Program-made: the position numbers and the translations under genes | In this document: positions 12,410-23,652 of the stretch, in pieces | How the letters are laid out: every line of letters begins with the position of its first letter | Numbering within the stretch: position 1 is the stretch's first letter | Source of the DNA: an uncultured delta proteobacterium | GTDB taxonomy: Bacteria > Desulfobacterota > BSN033 > UBA1163 | Reading direction: 5' to 3' | Assembly: GCA_963708295.1 (NCBI GenBank) | Contig: CAVPSJ010000011.1 | Location: 128,001-192,000, forward strand | Length of the DNA: 64,000 nucleotides | The notes under the pieces: generated by a model | What the model was told of the DNA's origin: nothing | Databases searched by the model: none | What the model saw: the letters and a program-made list of their open reading frames with translations, nothing else

Positions 12410-12423
12410 GGAGGAGAGAACAA

Positions 12424-13803
12424 ATGGTTTCTAAACGCATTCTCATTGTCGACGATGAAGAGAGTTTTAGACACATGCTATCCGTGATCTTGGTCAAGGA
12501 GGGCTATGAGGTGGAAACTTCTGCCAACGCAGAGGAGGGACTACGGAAGGCGGCTGCATCGGTCTTTGATCAAATCCTTTGTGATATCCGTATGCCCGGT
12601 ATGGATGGGTTGTCATTTTTACGAGAGATCAAAAAGACCGAAATCGAAGCGACCATCATCGTCATGTCGGCTTACGGAACGGCGGATATTGCCATTGAAG
12701 CGATGAAGCTCGGAGCCTACGATTACATCTCAAAACCCTTTAAGCCGGATGAAATTATTCTGACCTTGAGAAAAGCTGAAGAAAGGGAACAACTCAGGAG
12801 AGAAAATCAGCTTTTGAGAAAGGAGGTGGCGAGGGAGTACAGTTTTGAAAATATCGTCAGCAAAAATGAAAAGATGCAAAAAATATTCGACGTCATCAAG
12901 AAAGTGTCGCAGTATAAATCCACGGTACTCATCACGGGAGAAAGCGGGACGGGAAAAGAATTGGTGGCGAGAGCCCTGCACTATAATAGCGGTCGTTCCC
13001 AAAATCCTTTTATCGCGGTCAATTGCGGAGCGATTCCCGAGAATCTATTGGAGAGTGAACTTTTCGGCCATGCCAAGGGAGCGTTTACCGATGCGATTCG
13101 GACGAAGAAAGGCCTGTTCGAAGAGGCGGATGGAGGAACGCTCTTTTTGGACGAGATTGGAGAATTACCCGGTCCGCTTCAGGTAAAACTCCTCCGTGTG
13201 CTCCAGGATGGAGAGATCAGGAGGGTAGGAGAAGGCAAACCCATTCAGATTGATGTGAGAATCGTGGCTGCCACGGTCAAGGATCTGCAAAAAGAGGTGA
13301 ATGAAGGACGCTTCAGGGAGGACCTATTTTATCGGCTCAACGTTCTCCCTCTTCATATCCCTCCCCTTCGAGAGAGGAAAGAGGATATCCCTTTGCTCAT
13401 CCGTCATTTTATCGCGAAATATAACCAAACGATGAATAAGAACGTAACGAGTGTTGATCACAAGGCGCTGGAAATGCTGATGAGCTATAAGTGGTTTGGG
13501 AATGTAAGGGAACTTGAAAATACGATCGAAAGAGCGATCGTACTTTCCGAGAAGAATAACATTGAGTCGGAAAATTTGCCCGGCGAGATTTCAGATTTTA
13601 AGGAGGAATTAAAGATCGAGACTTTGCCCGATGAAGAATACTCAATCAAGAAAGCCTCTAAATCTTTGGAGATCAATTTAATCAAAAAAGCCCTGAAAAA
13701 GACAAAGGGAAACCATACTCATGCGGCAAGGCTGCTTGAAATTAGCCACCGCGCCCTGCTTTACAAAATTAAGGAATACGAAATTGTCGAAAATGGACTG
13801 TAG
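12424..13803 (+). CDS. Sigma54-dependent response regulator (NtrC/PilR family)
   Basis: REC + GESGTGKE + GAFTDA + FLDEIG + Fis HTH. Confidence 0.93.
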   Translation: MVSKRILIVDDEESFRHMLSVILVKEGYEVETSANAEEGLRKAAASVFDQILCDIRMPGMDGLSFLREIKKTEIEATIIVMSAYGTADIAIEAMKLGAYDYISKPFKPDEIILTLRKAEEREQLRRENQLLRKEVAREYSFENIVSKNEKMQKIFDVIKKVSQYKSTVLITGESGTGKELVARALHYNSGRSQNPFIAVNCGAIPENLLESELFGHAKGAFTDAIRTKKGLFEEADGGTLFLDEIGELPGPLQVKLLRVLQDGEIRRVGEGKPIQIDVRIVAATVKDLQKEVNEGRFREDLFYRLNVLPLHIPPLRERKEDIPLLIRHFIAKYNQTMNKNVTSVDHKALEMLMSYKWFGNVRELENTIERAIVLSEKNNIESENLPGEISDFKEELKIETLPDEEYSIKKASKSLEINLIKKALKKTKGNHTHAARLLEISHRALLYKIKEYEIVENGL

Positions 13804-14021
13804 ATTATCGGCAACAAAACACACAGATCTGCTGAGTTTTTCATTCAAATTTCCCTTAAAGCTATGCAATATTTTCCTAATTAATTTAAACTTTTCATAA
13901 GCAATAGGAAACACAATTACAGGAGATTATTTCCTAAATGCTTAATCTTTGCCACCAACCCCTTTAATCTATTCAATAATTCTATACGACAGTTTTTCCC
14001 TTCCCAGAACCTGAAATCCAT

Positions 14022-14037
14022 TGGTACAGGTTTTGCA
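14022..14037 (+). promoter_or_regulatory. Sigma54 -24/-12 promoter of first minor-pilin operon
   Basis: TGGTACAGGTTTTGCA, exact GG-N10-GC spacing, just upstream of RBS GGAGG and TTG 14075. Confidence 0.75.
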
Positions 14038-14074
14038 ACCCCTTAGCTCAAAATCAATTCCCGGAGGCGAGACT

Positions 14075-14467
14075 TTGAGCCGCTTTAAGAAATCAAAAGG
14101 ATTCTCACTTATTGAGGTGCTTATCGCATTAGTTATTTTATCTGTCTCATTATTAGCCCTCGCGGGTTTGATGGTGACGACAACGAGGAGCAATTCGTTT
14201 GGAGGCCACCTGACCGAGGCTGTCACATTCGCCCAACAAAGACTCGAAGCGTTAAGAGTCGCTCCTTATAACACGATCGTAACTCCGGGAGGCCCAGTGA
14301 CCCAAACGGGTGTTCCGTCTGGAATTGATTACGCGATTAATTGGGTCGTGACCCCCAATGGGGATAATTCTTTAAGAAGAGTCACGATGACGGTCAATTG
14401 GAATGATGGAGTCACTCATTCATTCAGCATTGTAACCGTGATAAAGAATCCTGGCAGCGGGATATGA
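14075..14467 (+). CDS. pilV: Type IV minor pilin PilV (set 1)
   Basis: KG/FSLIEVLIAL prepilin cleavage motif; start reassigned to TTG 14075 after RBS. Confidence 0.85.
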   Translation: MSRFKKSKGFSLIEVLIALVILSVSLLALAGLMVTTTRSNSFGGHLTEAVTFAQQRLEALRVAPYNTIVTPGGPVTQTGVPSGIDYAINWVVTPNGDNSLRRVTMTVNWNDGVTHSFSIVTVIKNPGSGI

Positions 14468-15162
14468 CAAGCGCAAATAGCGGAGAAAGGCGTAACCCTA
14501 TGCTGTTGAAATCAGTCCTGGATAGAAAAGGTATTACCCTGATTGAATTGATGGTGGCACTGGTGATTTCTGGAATAGTGATTGGTGCGGTTTACCGTCT
14601 CTTCATCGTTCAAACAAGGGCTTATAGCGTTCAGGATCAAGTTGTAGAGATTCAGCAGAATGTCCGAAGTGCGATGGAAGTTTTGTTGCGGGATCTCCGT
14701 ATGGCAGGGTGCGACGATGATAACACGGTTGGAAAGCCATCGCTTGTTCCAATGGTCACTCCTGTCGCCGACAATGCCATTACTGTAAGCTACAGATATT
14801 ATGACCAAAACAACGCATTGAATCGGATAACAGCCGCTTACACTCTGGTTGGGACGGATTTACAAAGGCAGCTGACTCTTAATGGGGTAGGTAATCCAGC
14901 AGAGGTCATCTTGCCAAATGTGAATTCATTCATCTTGACTTACGGTATTGACGCAGACGGAAACCGAATCGTGGATGATCAGAACGGAAACGGCATTGTC
15001 GATACGGGTGATTATGTCCTTGCCGGCGCCGTAGGAGCAAGTAGGGTCATTAGTGTCCGCGTACAGTTATCGGCAAATCCTTCACCAAGTAATCCGGATG
15101 CGGTAGCCCAAGTTTCTCCAAGAAGGTTAGATTCCGTCGTCACACTGAGGAACCTTCTCTAA
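14464..15162 (+). CDS. pilW: Type IV minor pilin PilW (set 1)
   Basis: KG/ITLIELMVAL, RDLRMAG, C-terminal V.LRN. Confidence 0.85.
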   Translation: MTSANSGERRNPMLLKSVLDRKGITLIELMVALVISGIVIGAVYRLFIVQTRAYSVQDQVVEIQQNVRSAMEVLLRDLRMAGCDDDNTVGKPSLVPMVTPVADNAITVSYRYYDQNNALNRITAAYTLVGTDLQRQLTLNGVGNPAEVILPNVNSFILTYGIDADGNRIVDDQNGNGIVDTGDYVLAGAVGASRVISVRVQLSANPSPSNPDAVAQVSPRRLDSVVTLRNLL

Positions 15163-15193
15163 GAGGGAAAGTTTTGACTGAGAGGATGCATCG

Positions 15194-15727
15194 ATGATGA
15201 CAAAAAGAATCGGTATTAAATTGAATAATCAATCGGGCGCCGCTCTCGTGATCGCCCTGATCATGATGATTGTCCTAACGCTGATCGGTCTTGCTTCGAC
15301 CTTTAGTTCAACATTTGAGAGCAAGCTTTCAGGGAATAAAAGGGAGTCGACAGGCGCTTTCTTTACAGCCGATTCGGGTCTCGAGGCCGCTAAGTCTACC
15401 AGAACAAATTTTGATACCACCACAGGCGATTATGTGACCCCCGGCGCAGTTCCGGCCAACCTCGCCGATGAGGCAATCGATTTGGTGCGAACAGGAACTA
15501 ACCTCAATTTACCAGGCGGTTTAACTTTTACAATCCCCCCAGCAGTTACCATTTACCATTTGAGAGCAGGAGGGGAAGGTATCCGGTCCTATCGATCGGA
15601 TCGCTACATTATCGATTCAACCGGGCGGGACCAGCTCGCGGGTCTTGCCTTATTAGGGTCCAGATGCGAGATCAGGGAGAAACGGTTGTTACGGAGCCTT
15701 GGTCCGTTCAGTGAAATGGAAAACTAA
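15194..15727 (+). CDS. pilX: Type IV minor pilin PilX (set 1)
   Basis: SG/AALVIAL lacking Glu5; AFFTADSG PilX motif. Confidence 0.85.
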   Translation: MMTKRIGIKLNNQSGAALVIALIMMIVLTLIGLASTFSSTFESKLSGNKRESTGAFFTADSGLEAAKSTRTNFDTTTGDYVTPGAVPANLADEAIDLVRTGTNLNLPGGLTFTIPPAVTIYHLRAGGEGIRSYRSDRYIIDSTGRDQLAGLALLGSRCEIREKRLLRSLGPFSEMEN

Positions 15728-15739
15728 GAGGAGAATACT

Positions 15740-18700
15740 ATGAAGGTGCTGAAAACCTTAACGATTTCTTTCTTATTCATGGTTTTATTGAATCATTCAT
15801 CTTTCGCCCATGACACGGACCTTTATATCGCAGAGGGGCAGGGAGTCGAACCCAATATCCTGATTCTGTTTGATAACTCGGGCAGCATGGGTGAATACGT
15901 AATGACCCGTTATTATCAAGATGGTATCAGACTATGGCGCTACCCCCCCGACGGCGGACCGAGACACGGTCTATAGGAAGCAGGGGAGCACTTTTAGTTT
16001 CTTTGCAGCCGACATTTCCAATGTTGCATGCAATCACGCAAGAACTTCACTAAGAAATACCGGTCACTATACGGGCGGTACAAATTCAAGTTGCGGAGGG
16101 AGCTCGCGGACGCTCTGGACCGGAAACTACAGAAATTATATTGCCTCCGGTGGAGACATTTCGGAGAAAAAGATAGATATTGCTAAGAGGGTGATGACAG
16201 ACTTTTTGACTGCGATTAACGGCGTACGAATCGGCGCATTCGTCTTTAATACCGATGAAGGAGGCCGGGTTCAGACCACCGTTAAGAGTCTTACGGATAC
16301 GGAGCGGGCACAATTAATTACCGACTTTAATGCCATCAATCCTGAAACATGGACCCCTCTTGCAGAGACGCTTTATGAAATTGGACTCTATTTTAAGGGG
16401 GGTCGAAGTTATTTCAATTCTGGAGTGAATTATATAAGCCCGATTCAATATTCTTGCCAGAAGAATTACGTCATCATCATTACGGACGGAAACTCCACTC
16501 AAGACCGAAGCTCGGTACTGGCTAATGGTGCGACTGTAAGCGGTGTTGTTTATCCGGCCATCGGAGACCGGGATGGGGACCAGAAAGAGCCGATCGGTGC
16601 AACCCATGATCCACACTATGCCGATGATGGATCCGATTATCTCGACGACGTTGCTAAATATCTCTATGATACGGATCTTCGATCTGACCTGACCGGTGTA
16701 CAAAATATTGTCACTTACACCATCGGTTTTACGGCCGGCTCAAACGTTGACCTTCTCGAGAGGACTGCGATCAATGGACACGGAAGATATTACTATTCCC
16801 AGGATGCCCAAACATTATCATTTGCCTTTCAAAACATCATTGATGAAATTTTGGAGGAGACCTCTTCCTTCGTTGCGCCCGTTGTTCCCGTGGACCGAAT
16901 GGAGCGAACCCAGTCCGGTCATTATATCTATATCGCTTTATTCAAACCCAAGAATCACAAAATGTGGAGCGGAAATATAAAAAAGTTTCAACTCGCTGAT
17001 AATGGAGATATCCTGGACGCAAACGGCACCCTTGCCATCGACCCGAGCACGCATCAATTTTATCCGGCGATCCATTCTTTTTGGACGAGCGGAACTCTTT
17101 TAGATGGGGGAGATGCAGAAAGAGGCGGGGTCGGGGAGGTGCTTATGAACCGGAATTTCGCATCCAAGTCCCAGAAAAATATACACTTACAATACCGATG
17201 TGGGAAATAGTGTTTTAACGCACACCTCCAATGCTTTTACCAAGACAAACGCCTTTATTACGCCCGCGCGGTTAGGCGTGGGCACCGATACGACAGAGCG
17301 TGACAAACTGGTCGACTTTGTTTATGGGTACGATGCCTACGACGAAGACGGAAATGGGATCACCAATGAGAAAAGGGATTGGATTTTAGGCTCGTTTCTT
17401 CATTCGAAACCCTTCATCGTTCACTACGATTCCATGGATGTGGTTTTTGCCGGGGCCAATGATGGGATGCTTCATGCCTTTAAGGATAGCGACGGCGAGG
17501 AACTCTGGGGGTTTATTCCTCCTGATCTTTTGAACAGGCTGAAGGCGCTCCATGCCGATGTCCTGGAGATGTTTGTGGACGGCTCCCCCAAAGCCTACAT
17601 TTCTCGGAATAGTGATGGCACGATTCAACGAGTCATTCTTATCTTTGGATTGAGGAGAGGTGGAAATCACTACTACGCCCTTGATGTCACCGATCCGGTG
17701 GCCCCTCAGTATCTGTGGGAAATTGATCCCGACGCTGCGGGGTCTCCTTACGCACTCATGGGGCAATCCTGGTCAGCACCGACCCTGGGACAGGTTGCCT
17801 GCCTCACGGGAACCCCGAATTGTCCCGCAACGGGGAGAAGGTGGGTGGCTTTTATCGGCGGCGGGTTTGACACGGATCAAGACCTCGACGTTCCACCTGC
17901 TTCCGACCACCTGGGAACGGCTGTTTATGCTGTCAATATATTCGACGGTTCGCTTGTGGCGGGATTTACTCCTGCTACCTATACGGGGATGACCCATGCC
18001 ATTCCCAGCGATATTGTAAAAGTGGACACGGATTATGACGGAATCGTGGAGCGGCTTTATGTCGGAGACCTCGGGGGCCAAATGTGGCGGTTTAATGTCA
18101 GTGATACGGATCCGAATAATTGGTCCGCGAGCGTTCTTTTCACCTCTGCGTCCGGCACAAAGATATTTTATCCACCCGATGTGACTTTAGAATGGAATTC
18201 TGCGACAAGGCGAGGGTATGAGATGGTGTTTTTTGGAACTGGAGATCGGGAGCATCCAAAAGAGACTGCCGTCGTCAACCGACTCTATGCCGTAAAAGAC
18301 ACGAGCAGTGGGACAACATTAACAGAAAGCGATCTTTACGATGTTACCTCCGATGAGTTGCAACAGGCCGGAACGACTGACCAAAGAAAAACTGAAATAT
18401 TAGCTGCCTTGAATACGGCGGCCGGATGGTATATCCAATTTGAGTCAGGCGAAAAAGCTCTTTCGGCTGCAGTCGTATTTAATCAGAACGTTAATTTTAC
18501 CACCTATACACCCCCTCCGGAGAGTGGGGGTGACCCTTGTTATGTTGGGGAGGGGCAAGGCAGAGTATACAAAGTAAATTATTTGACAGCCTGTGCCGTA
18601 TTGGATTTTGACCATTCAGGACAGTTAACAGCGAGAGATCGATACGATTATGCGGGCCACGGGATTCCGTCTGGCGTTGTGATCGCCATCCTGCCTAATA

Positions 18701-18801
18701 CGATCATGGAATATACGGGAATAGGAGGAGGAATCTATTACAGGCAACCAGGGGGTTCACCGGGCACGAACGTTAGGGAATATTGGAAGATTGTTTTTTG
18801 A
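15740..18801 (+). CDS. pilY1: PilY1/PilC tip adhesin: signal peptide, vWA domain, beta-propeller (frameshifts near 15930 and 17170)
   Basis: PNILILFDNSGSM MIDAS, TPLAETL, IITDG, GANDGMLHAF, GEELWGFIP, D.D.DG..ERLYVGDLGG. Confidence 0.88.
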
Positions 18802-18815
18802 GAGGAGGAGGAATT

Positions 18816-19175
18816 GTGAAAAAGCGTGACTTGATTAAAAGGATGATGATCTTTGTTTTGTCGTCTGTGGTTATCTTTTCGACTCTAAGTGTTGCGTCTG
18901 GACAGGCTGTATATAAGAATCAAGGGTCAATTTTGCAAATAGATCATAAAAATAATACGATGATTGTTAACGAGAGACATCTTGTTTGGAATCAAAACAC
19001 AGCTTTTTACGATAGCAAGGGTTCTCTCACAGATCTAGGAGGATTCAAGCTTAAATCATGGGTATATATTGAGGGGACGACAAACAGGAACAATATCATC
19101 TTAATCGAAAAGATTTACTTACTCCCTAAATATGTTGGAAAGAAAGAGAAAAACCGTTATCCCTTTATGGAATAA
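18816..19175 (+). CDS. Exported small hypothetical protein (DUF5666/OB-fold-like)
   Basis: Strong RBS before GTG 18816, signal peptide, beta-rich mature part. Confidence 0.6.
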   Translation: MKKRDLIKRMMIFVLSSVVIFSTLSVASGQAVYKNQGSILQIDHKNNTMIVNERHLVWNQNTAFYDSKGSLTDLGGFKLKSWVYIEGTTNRNNIILIEKIYLLPKYVGKKEKNRYPFME

Positions 19176-19197
19176 GGGGGGGCAGCGCTGCCGACCG

Positions 19198-20121
19198 ATG
19201 ATTCTTGATCGAGCCATAGCCCTCATTCCTATTTTACTTATTCTTTGGGGAAGTTTATCCTGCGGTAGGCAAGAGATCACCGAGCCTAAGAGGCCGGGGA
19301 ATGCCCCGCCTCTTATTACCTCGGTCAGAATTCTACCGGAGCATCCGACGAAAGTGAGTATATTAAGCTTGGTCATCCAAAGCAAGGACCCAGGCGGCAA
19401 GCCCGTCGTTTACCGTTGCCAATGGCTGAGGAATAATGAGGAAATGACTGGGGAAGATAAAGAGACACTAAAATGTGATGGTCTCAACAAGGGCGATCTC
19501 ATCCAGGTTAGAGTGATTCCATCGGATGGAACAGCGAATGGAGAGCCATTTCTATCTGCTTCTGCTAAGATCCTCAACTCTCTACCGGTGATTCAAGAAG
19601 TGCGAATTGAACCCAGGTTGGCCGGCAATGAAGATCTAAAGGTCTTCGCAAAAGGCTTTGACGCCGATGGAGACCCCGTTCATTATACCTATCAATGGGA
19701 AAAGAGCGGGGTGATTTTAAGTGAAGAAAAGACTGAAATCTTAGAGAGGGGAAAATTTAGAAAAGGGGATTCCATCGCTGTGATCGTGACGCCGGGTGAT
19801 GGTGAATCGACGGGCATGCCCAAAAAATCAGGACCCACTCTTATTCCCAATAGCTCCCCGATCATCGTTTCTTCTCCTTCTAATACAATAAGTGGAAGTG
19901 TTTACACGTATCAGGTCAAGGCGGATGATCCCGACCATGACCCGATCACTTTCAGCTTGAAAACCGGGCCTAAAGGAATGGAGATTGACAAGGAGACTGG
20001 CTTAATCCGCTGGCAGATCGTGAAGGGGGATCGTGGAACACAAACCGTAGAGATCGAAGCCTCCGATACGGAAGGGGCGAAGAGCCTCCAAAGATACACA
20101 TTGGCCATCGAGTTCAGATAA
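19198..20121 (+). CDS. Lipoprotein with tandem Ig-like/putative Ig domains
   Basis: LSC lipobox; repeated N..P.I and D.DGD motifs; YTYQVKA.DPD.D...GM.ID..TG.I.W. Confidence 0.75.
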   Translation: MILDRAIALIPILLILWGSLSCGRQEITEPKRPGNAPPLITSVRILPEHPTKVSILSLVIQSKDPGGKPVVYRCQWLRNNEEMTGEDKETLKCDGLNKGDLIQVRVIPSDGTANGEPFLSASAKILNSLPVIQEVRIEPRLAGNEDLKVFAKGFDADGDPVHYTYQWEKSGVILSEEKTEILERGKFRKGDSIAVIVTPGDGESTGMPKKSGPTLIPNSSPIIVSSPSNTISGSVYTYQVKADDPDHDPITFSLKTGPKGMEIDKETGLIRWQIVKGDRGTQTVEIEASDTEGAKSLQRYTLAIEFR

Positions 20122-20145
20122 GATGAGACACCTATGGAGTGAAAA

Positions 20146-20589
20146 ATGAATAAAAGAGGGGTAACATTAGTTGAATTGATTGTTGTCCTTGTTATCATTG
20201 CTATCGGAGCCACATTAATGGTCCCGGGATTTACTCGATGGATGCCTAAATATCGCTTAAGAAGTGCGACCAGAGAAATTGTCTCCACGATGAGGGCTGC
20301 CCAGTTGAGAGCAGTAGCAAATAGTTTTGATTATCAGGTAATATTCACGCCTGCTGGCCCGGGTCTCGGAACCTACATCCTTCAGCGTAACTCAGGAGGA
20401 TTGAGTACCAATGACGGAATCGCCCAAACCGTTCCGGAGGGAATAACCTTTGCGACAACCTTTCCTGGTAATACAGTCGTCTTCAACTCCAATTCAACGG
20501 CGACACCCGGCAGTGTTACTGTATCAAACCCCCAAGATCAAAGGACGATAAGGGTCTTATCTTCCAACGGAAGAGTCTCGGCTCAATGA
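20146..20589 (+). CDS. fimT: GspH/FimT-family minor pilin (set 1)
   Basis: RG/VTLVELIVVL; C-terminal GRV. Confidence 0.85.
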   Translation: MNKRGVTLVELIVVLVIIAIGATLMVPGFTRWMPKYRLRSATREIVSTMRAAQLRAVANSFDYQVIFTPAGPGLGTYILQRNSGGLSTNDGIAQTVPEGITFATTFPGNTVVFNSNSTATPGSVTVSNPQDQRTIRVLSSNGRVSAQ

Positions 20590-20712
20590 ATCGACCCACC
20601 GGCCAAAATCAAGAATCTCCTCTCTAAATTCCTTCACGTTTTGATCTGACCCCGCCTCCATTCCCCTTAGACGATGCATGGGTTCCACAAGCGAATCATC
20701 CAAGAAATATTA

Positions 20713-20740
20713 TTGACAAATGTCTTGAATTCAATACAAT
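20713..20740 (+). promoter_or_regulatory. Sigma70-type promoter of second minor-pilin operon
   Basis: TTGACA-16 nt-TACAAT. Confidence 0.6.
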
Positions 20741-20773
20741 GAAGCAGATAGAGGATTGAACCTACCGAACCCG

Positions 20774-21226
20774 ATGAATCAACGAGGTTTCACATTAATT
20801 GAATTGGTCGTGGTCACGGTCATTATTGCGGTCGGCGCTTTATGGCTAGTTCCTAACCTCGGCGCCTGGTTGCCGAATTACCGTTTGAGAAGTGCATCGA
20901 GAGATATTGTATCAACGATGAGGGCGGCTCAAATGAAAGCCGTTTCTAATAACGCTCAATACCGTGTCAATTTAGACGATGCCGAAATCGGAGTTGCAGG
21001 CAGTTATATCCTTCAGCGCAACTCCGGAGGGGGGTGGGTGAATGACGGAGCACTCCAAACACTTCCCACCGGGATTACGATCAACACCGGCCAATTGCCT
21101 GCGGGCAGGGTTATCTTTAACCCTAATTCCACATCCTCGGCTGGAAGTGTAACATTACAAAATAAGAGAGGAATGCTGCGAAAGATTACAATTACACCTG
21201 CGACGGGAAGGATAAGAATTGAATAA
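20774..21226 (+). CDS. fimT: GspH/FimT-family minor pilin (set 2)
   Basis: RG/FTLIELVVV; paralogous to 20146..20589 (shared YRLRSA.R.IVSTMRAAQ, YILQRNSGG). Confidence 0.85.
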   Translation: MNQRGFTLIELVVVTVIIAVGALWLVPNLGAWLPNYRLRSASRDIVSTMRAAQMKAVSNNAQYRVNLDDAEIGVAGSYILQRNSGGGWVNDGALQTLPTGITINTGQLPAGRVIFNPNSTSSAGSVTLQNKRGMLRKITITPATGRIRIE

Positions 21227-21596
21227 GGAGCTTGAAAAACCCAACGGGTTCACCCTAATCGAAGTGGCGGCCTGCTTGATCATTTTGGCTGTAGGTCTTC
21301 TCGCAATTGCGGCGATGCAAATCACTTCGACAAAGGGTGGCACCTTCAGTAGTCACCTCACCCAGGCCACCTTTATTGCTCAAGACAAACTGGAATATTT
21401 AAAGAATCTGTCTTACAGCGATTCCAATTTAAGCAACGGAGAACACAACGAAGGCATTCTACCCGGGACGATCTTTTCAAGGCAACATCATATTGTGGAG
21501 GATGCTGGAAATTCAATGAAGACGATTACCGTAACTGTTTTGTGGACAGATCGAGGGAATCACAGCGTCTCTCTTTCAACGATGAGGGCGAAATAA
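21219..21596 (+). CDS. pilV: Type IV minor pilin PilV (set 2)
   Basis: NG/FTLIEV, AQDKLE, ITVTV.W. Confidence 0.83.
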   Translation: MNKELEKPNGFTLIEVAACLIILAVGLLAIAAMQITSTKGGTFSSHLTQATFIAQDKLEYLKNLSYSDSNLSNGEHNEGILPGTIFSRQHHIVEDAGNSMKTITVTVLWTDRGNHSVSLSTMRAK

Positions 21597-22393
21597 TGCA
21601 TCTGATAATTTTTGAAAAGAAGAATGGGGTGACGCTGATAGAGTTACTTCTTGCCTTGATGTTGAGCGGTATTCTAATTTCTGCCCTGTATCGAACCTTC
21701 ATAACTCAACAAAAAACCTACACGGTTCAGGATCAAGTGGCAGAGATGCAGCAAAATGCAAGAATCGCGATAGATCAGATGACCAAAGAGATCAGAATGG
21801 CTGGGTACGGGGGCGATATGTTGTCTATTTTCGCTGATATCAATGGATTTACCGACATTATCACCCCTGCGAGCGACACAATTACGGTCATCTTAGCGGA
21901 TCAGGTTGGAGTCTTAAAAGAAAACACGCCAAAAGGGGCTCGTCAGCTGAAGGTGACGAATGCGGCGATATTTAACGGGGATAAAAAGAAATATTTGTGT
22001 CTGAATGGGCTCAATAATTATTTGGTTGAAAGTGTAACAGGGGATACCCTGACGCTGAGCGCTCCTTTAAGAGAAGGGCATCCAGCCAACCGACCCGTAT
22101 ATCTGGTTAAAGCAATCAGTTATTATCTTGGAGTAAGCGGTGGCAAAACCGTCCTTCGAAGAAATGAGAATACGGGTGGCGGTGGACAACCTTTGGCCGA
22201 CAATATTGAAAGCATTGAGTTCACCTATTTTGGCGCCGATGGAAATGTAACTTCGAACCCACCGGATATTCGAATGGTTGAGGTGGCGGTTACTGCGAAA
22301 ACAAATATGTTGGACCCCCAACTTAAAGCGGGAGATGGATATCGGAGAAGAACGTTGTCTTCTAATATTAGAGTGCGAAATGCTGGATTATAA
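21596..22393 (+). CDS. pilW: Type IV minor pilin PilW (set 2)
   Basis: NG/VTLIELL, KEIRMAGY, C-terminal RVRN. Confidence 0.83.
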   Translation: MHLIIFEKKNGVTLIELLLALMLSGILISALYRTFITQQKTYTVQDQVAEMQQNARIAIDQMTKEIRMAGYGGDMLSIFADINGFTDIITPASDTITVILADQVGVLKENTPKGARQLKVTNAAIFNGDKKKYLCLNGLNNYLVESVTGDTLTLSAPLREGHPANRPVYLVKAISYYLGVSGGKTVLRRNENTGGGGQPLADNIESIEFTYFGADGNVTSNPPDIRMVEVAVTAKTNMLDPQLKAGDGYRRRTLSSNIRVRNAGL

Positions 22394-22417
22394 GCGATCC
22401 GTCGATGGTGGTGAGAA

Positions 22418-23602
22418 TTGAAAACGAAGCAATTGGGAGAAGAAAGGGGGATGGTCGTAGTACTCGGGATGCTCTTGCTTTTGGTAGCAACGGTCATTGG
22501 GATCAGTTCGTTAAATACCAGCACCTACGACATCCGTATTTCCGGCAACCAACGGGCATCCGTGCAGGCCTTTTACGTTGCGGAGGCGGGAATAAACGAA
22601 TTTATGGGCAGGGTTAGGCCCGGTGCAACAAATCAAATATCTGACAGCGACCCTTTCAATCCCGCCTGGAAAATTCTCCTTGCCAAAGATCCCGGGAAGG
22701 GGGCAGGTCAAGTAGGTTATGTTTCCGGTGCCCCGAATTCTATCTCGAGTTTGCAGAATGAGATGGATTTTGGAGTGGAAATAAAACACAAAACGGACGA
22801 GACCAACCAAGTGACTACCTATGGCGGTGCCCCAGTCTATATACTAAAAAGCCACGGGTTTACAGCGGATGGGGGGTATAAAGTGCTGGAAGTCGAGTTG
22901 ATACGAAGCCCTAATTATGATCCTCCTTCTGCTGTTTATTCGGAGAAGCCTGTTCATATTCGTGGGAGTTCAACTTACATAAACGGAGATGATCTTTGTG
23001 GTACGACGAAAAAGCCAGGCGTTGCAACAACGACAGCGACAATCCCACCGATTATTAAATCGGGGAACCCTTCCATCAATGGTTCACCACCGGAGGTCAC
23101 CCAATCAAGCACCCCGCCTCCTGCGGAGCTGCAACTAAAAGAGATGCTAGATTACTTAAAAGGCGCTGCAGACTTCAAGTATGATTTTAATGAGAATCAA
23201 ACATTGACCGGATATTCTGAGCGCTGGGGAACACCGACCAGTAGCGACAGGACTGTCCCAATCACATACACAGGACCGATGAGTATTGTTTATTTCAATT
23301 TGCAGGGAACTCAAACATTGAAACTAACAGATTCCCATGGAGCAGGTATTCTTCTCGTTGAAGGAAATCTTGAAATTAACGGGGGATTTACCTGGTACGG
23401 AGTCATCCTGGCAACGGGAGCAGTGGGGTATACAGGCGGCGGGCAAAAGAATGTGACCGGAGGGATCATGGCAGCGGGAAGTGCCGCGATGGGGATAGAT
23501 ATTGATGAAAATACGGGTATTTTGTATTGCAGTACTGTATCAAATAGACTAAAAGAAGTCGTCCCGCCCTTCAGAATAACCCGATGGCGGGAAATATTCT
23601 AG
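22418..23602 (+). CDS. pilX: Large PilX-family minor pilin (set 2) with extended C-terminal domain
   Basis: RG/MVVVLG no Glu5, AFYVAEAGI, G.GILLVEGNL.ING...W.G, terminal WRE. Confidence 0.8.
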   Translation: MKTKQLGEERGMVVVLGMLLLLVATVIGISSLNTSTYDIRISGNQRASVQAFYVAEAGINEFMGRVRPGATNQISDSDPFNPAWKILLAKDPGKGAGQVGYVSGAPNSISSLQNEMDFGVEIKHKTDETNQVTTYGGAPVYILKSHGFTADGGYKVLEVELIRSPNYDPPSAVYSEKPVHIRGSSTYINGDDLCGTTKKPGVATTTATIPPIIKSGNPSINGSPPEVTQSSTPPPAELQLKEMLDYLKGAADFKYDFNENQTLTGYSERWGTPTSSDRTVPITYTGPMSIVYFNLQGTQTLKLTDSHGAGILLVEGNLEINGGFTWYGVILATGAVGYTGGGQKNVTGGIMAAGSAAMGIDIDENTGILYCSTVSNRLKEVVPPFRITRWREIF

Positions 23603-23652
23603 CCTGCCTGCTGACCGGAGGAATTATTTTCCTCGCTTCATCTTTTTCCTAT

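Noticed and set aside
10733-13803. Calling the pair canonical pilS/pilR
   Set aside because: Kinase has two TMs plus HAMP rather than the six-TM PilS layout and no pilA is adjacent; left unnamed.
15921-15950. Phase variation of pilY1 through the C7 tract at 15943-15949 (as in Neisseria pilC)
   Set aside because: Removing one base just upstream gives a natural DGIDYGATPP reading, the tract is short, and a second frameshift near 17170 points to sequencing error.
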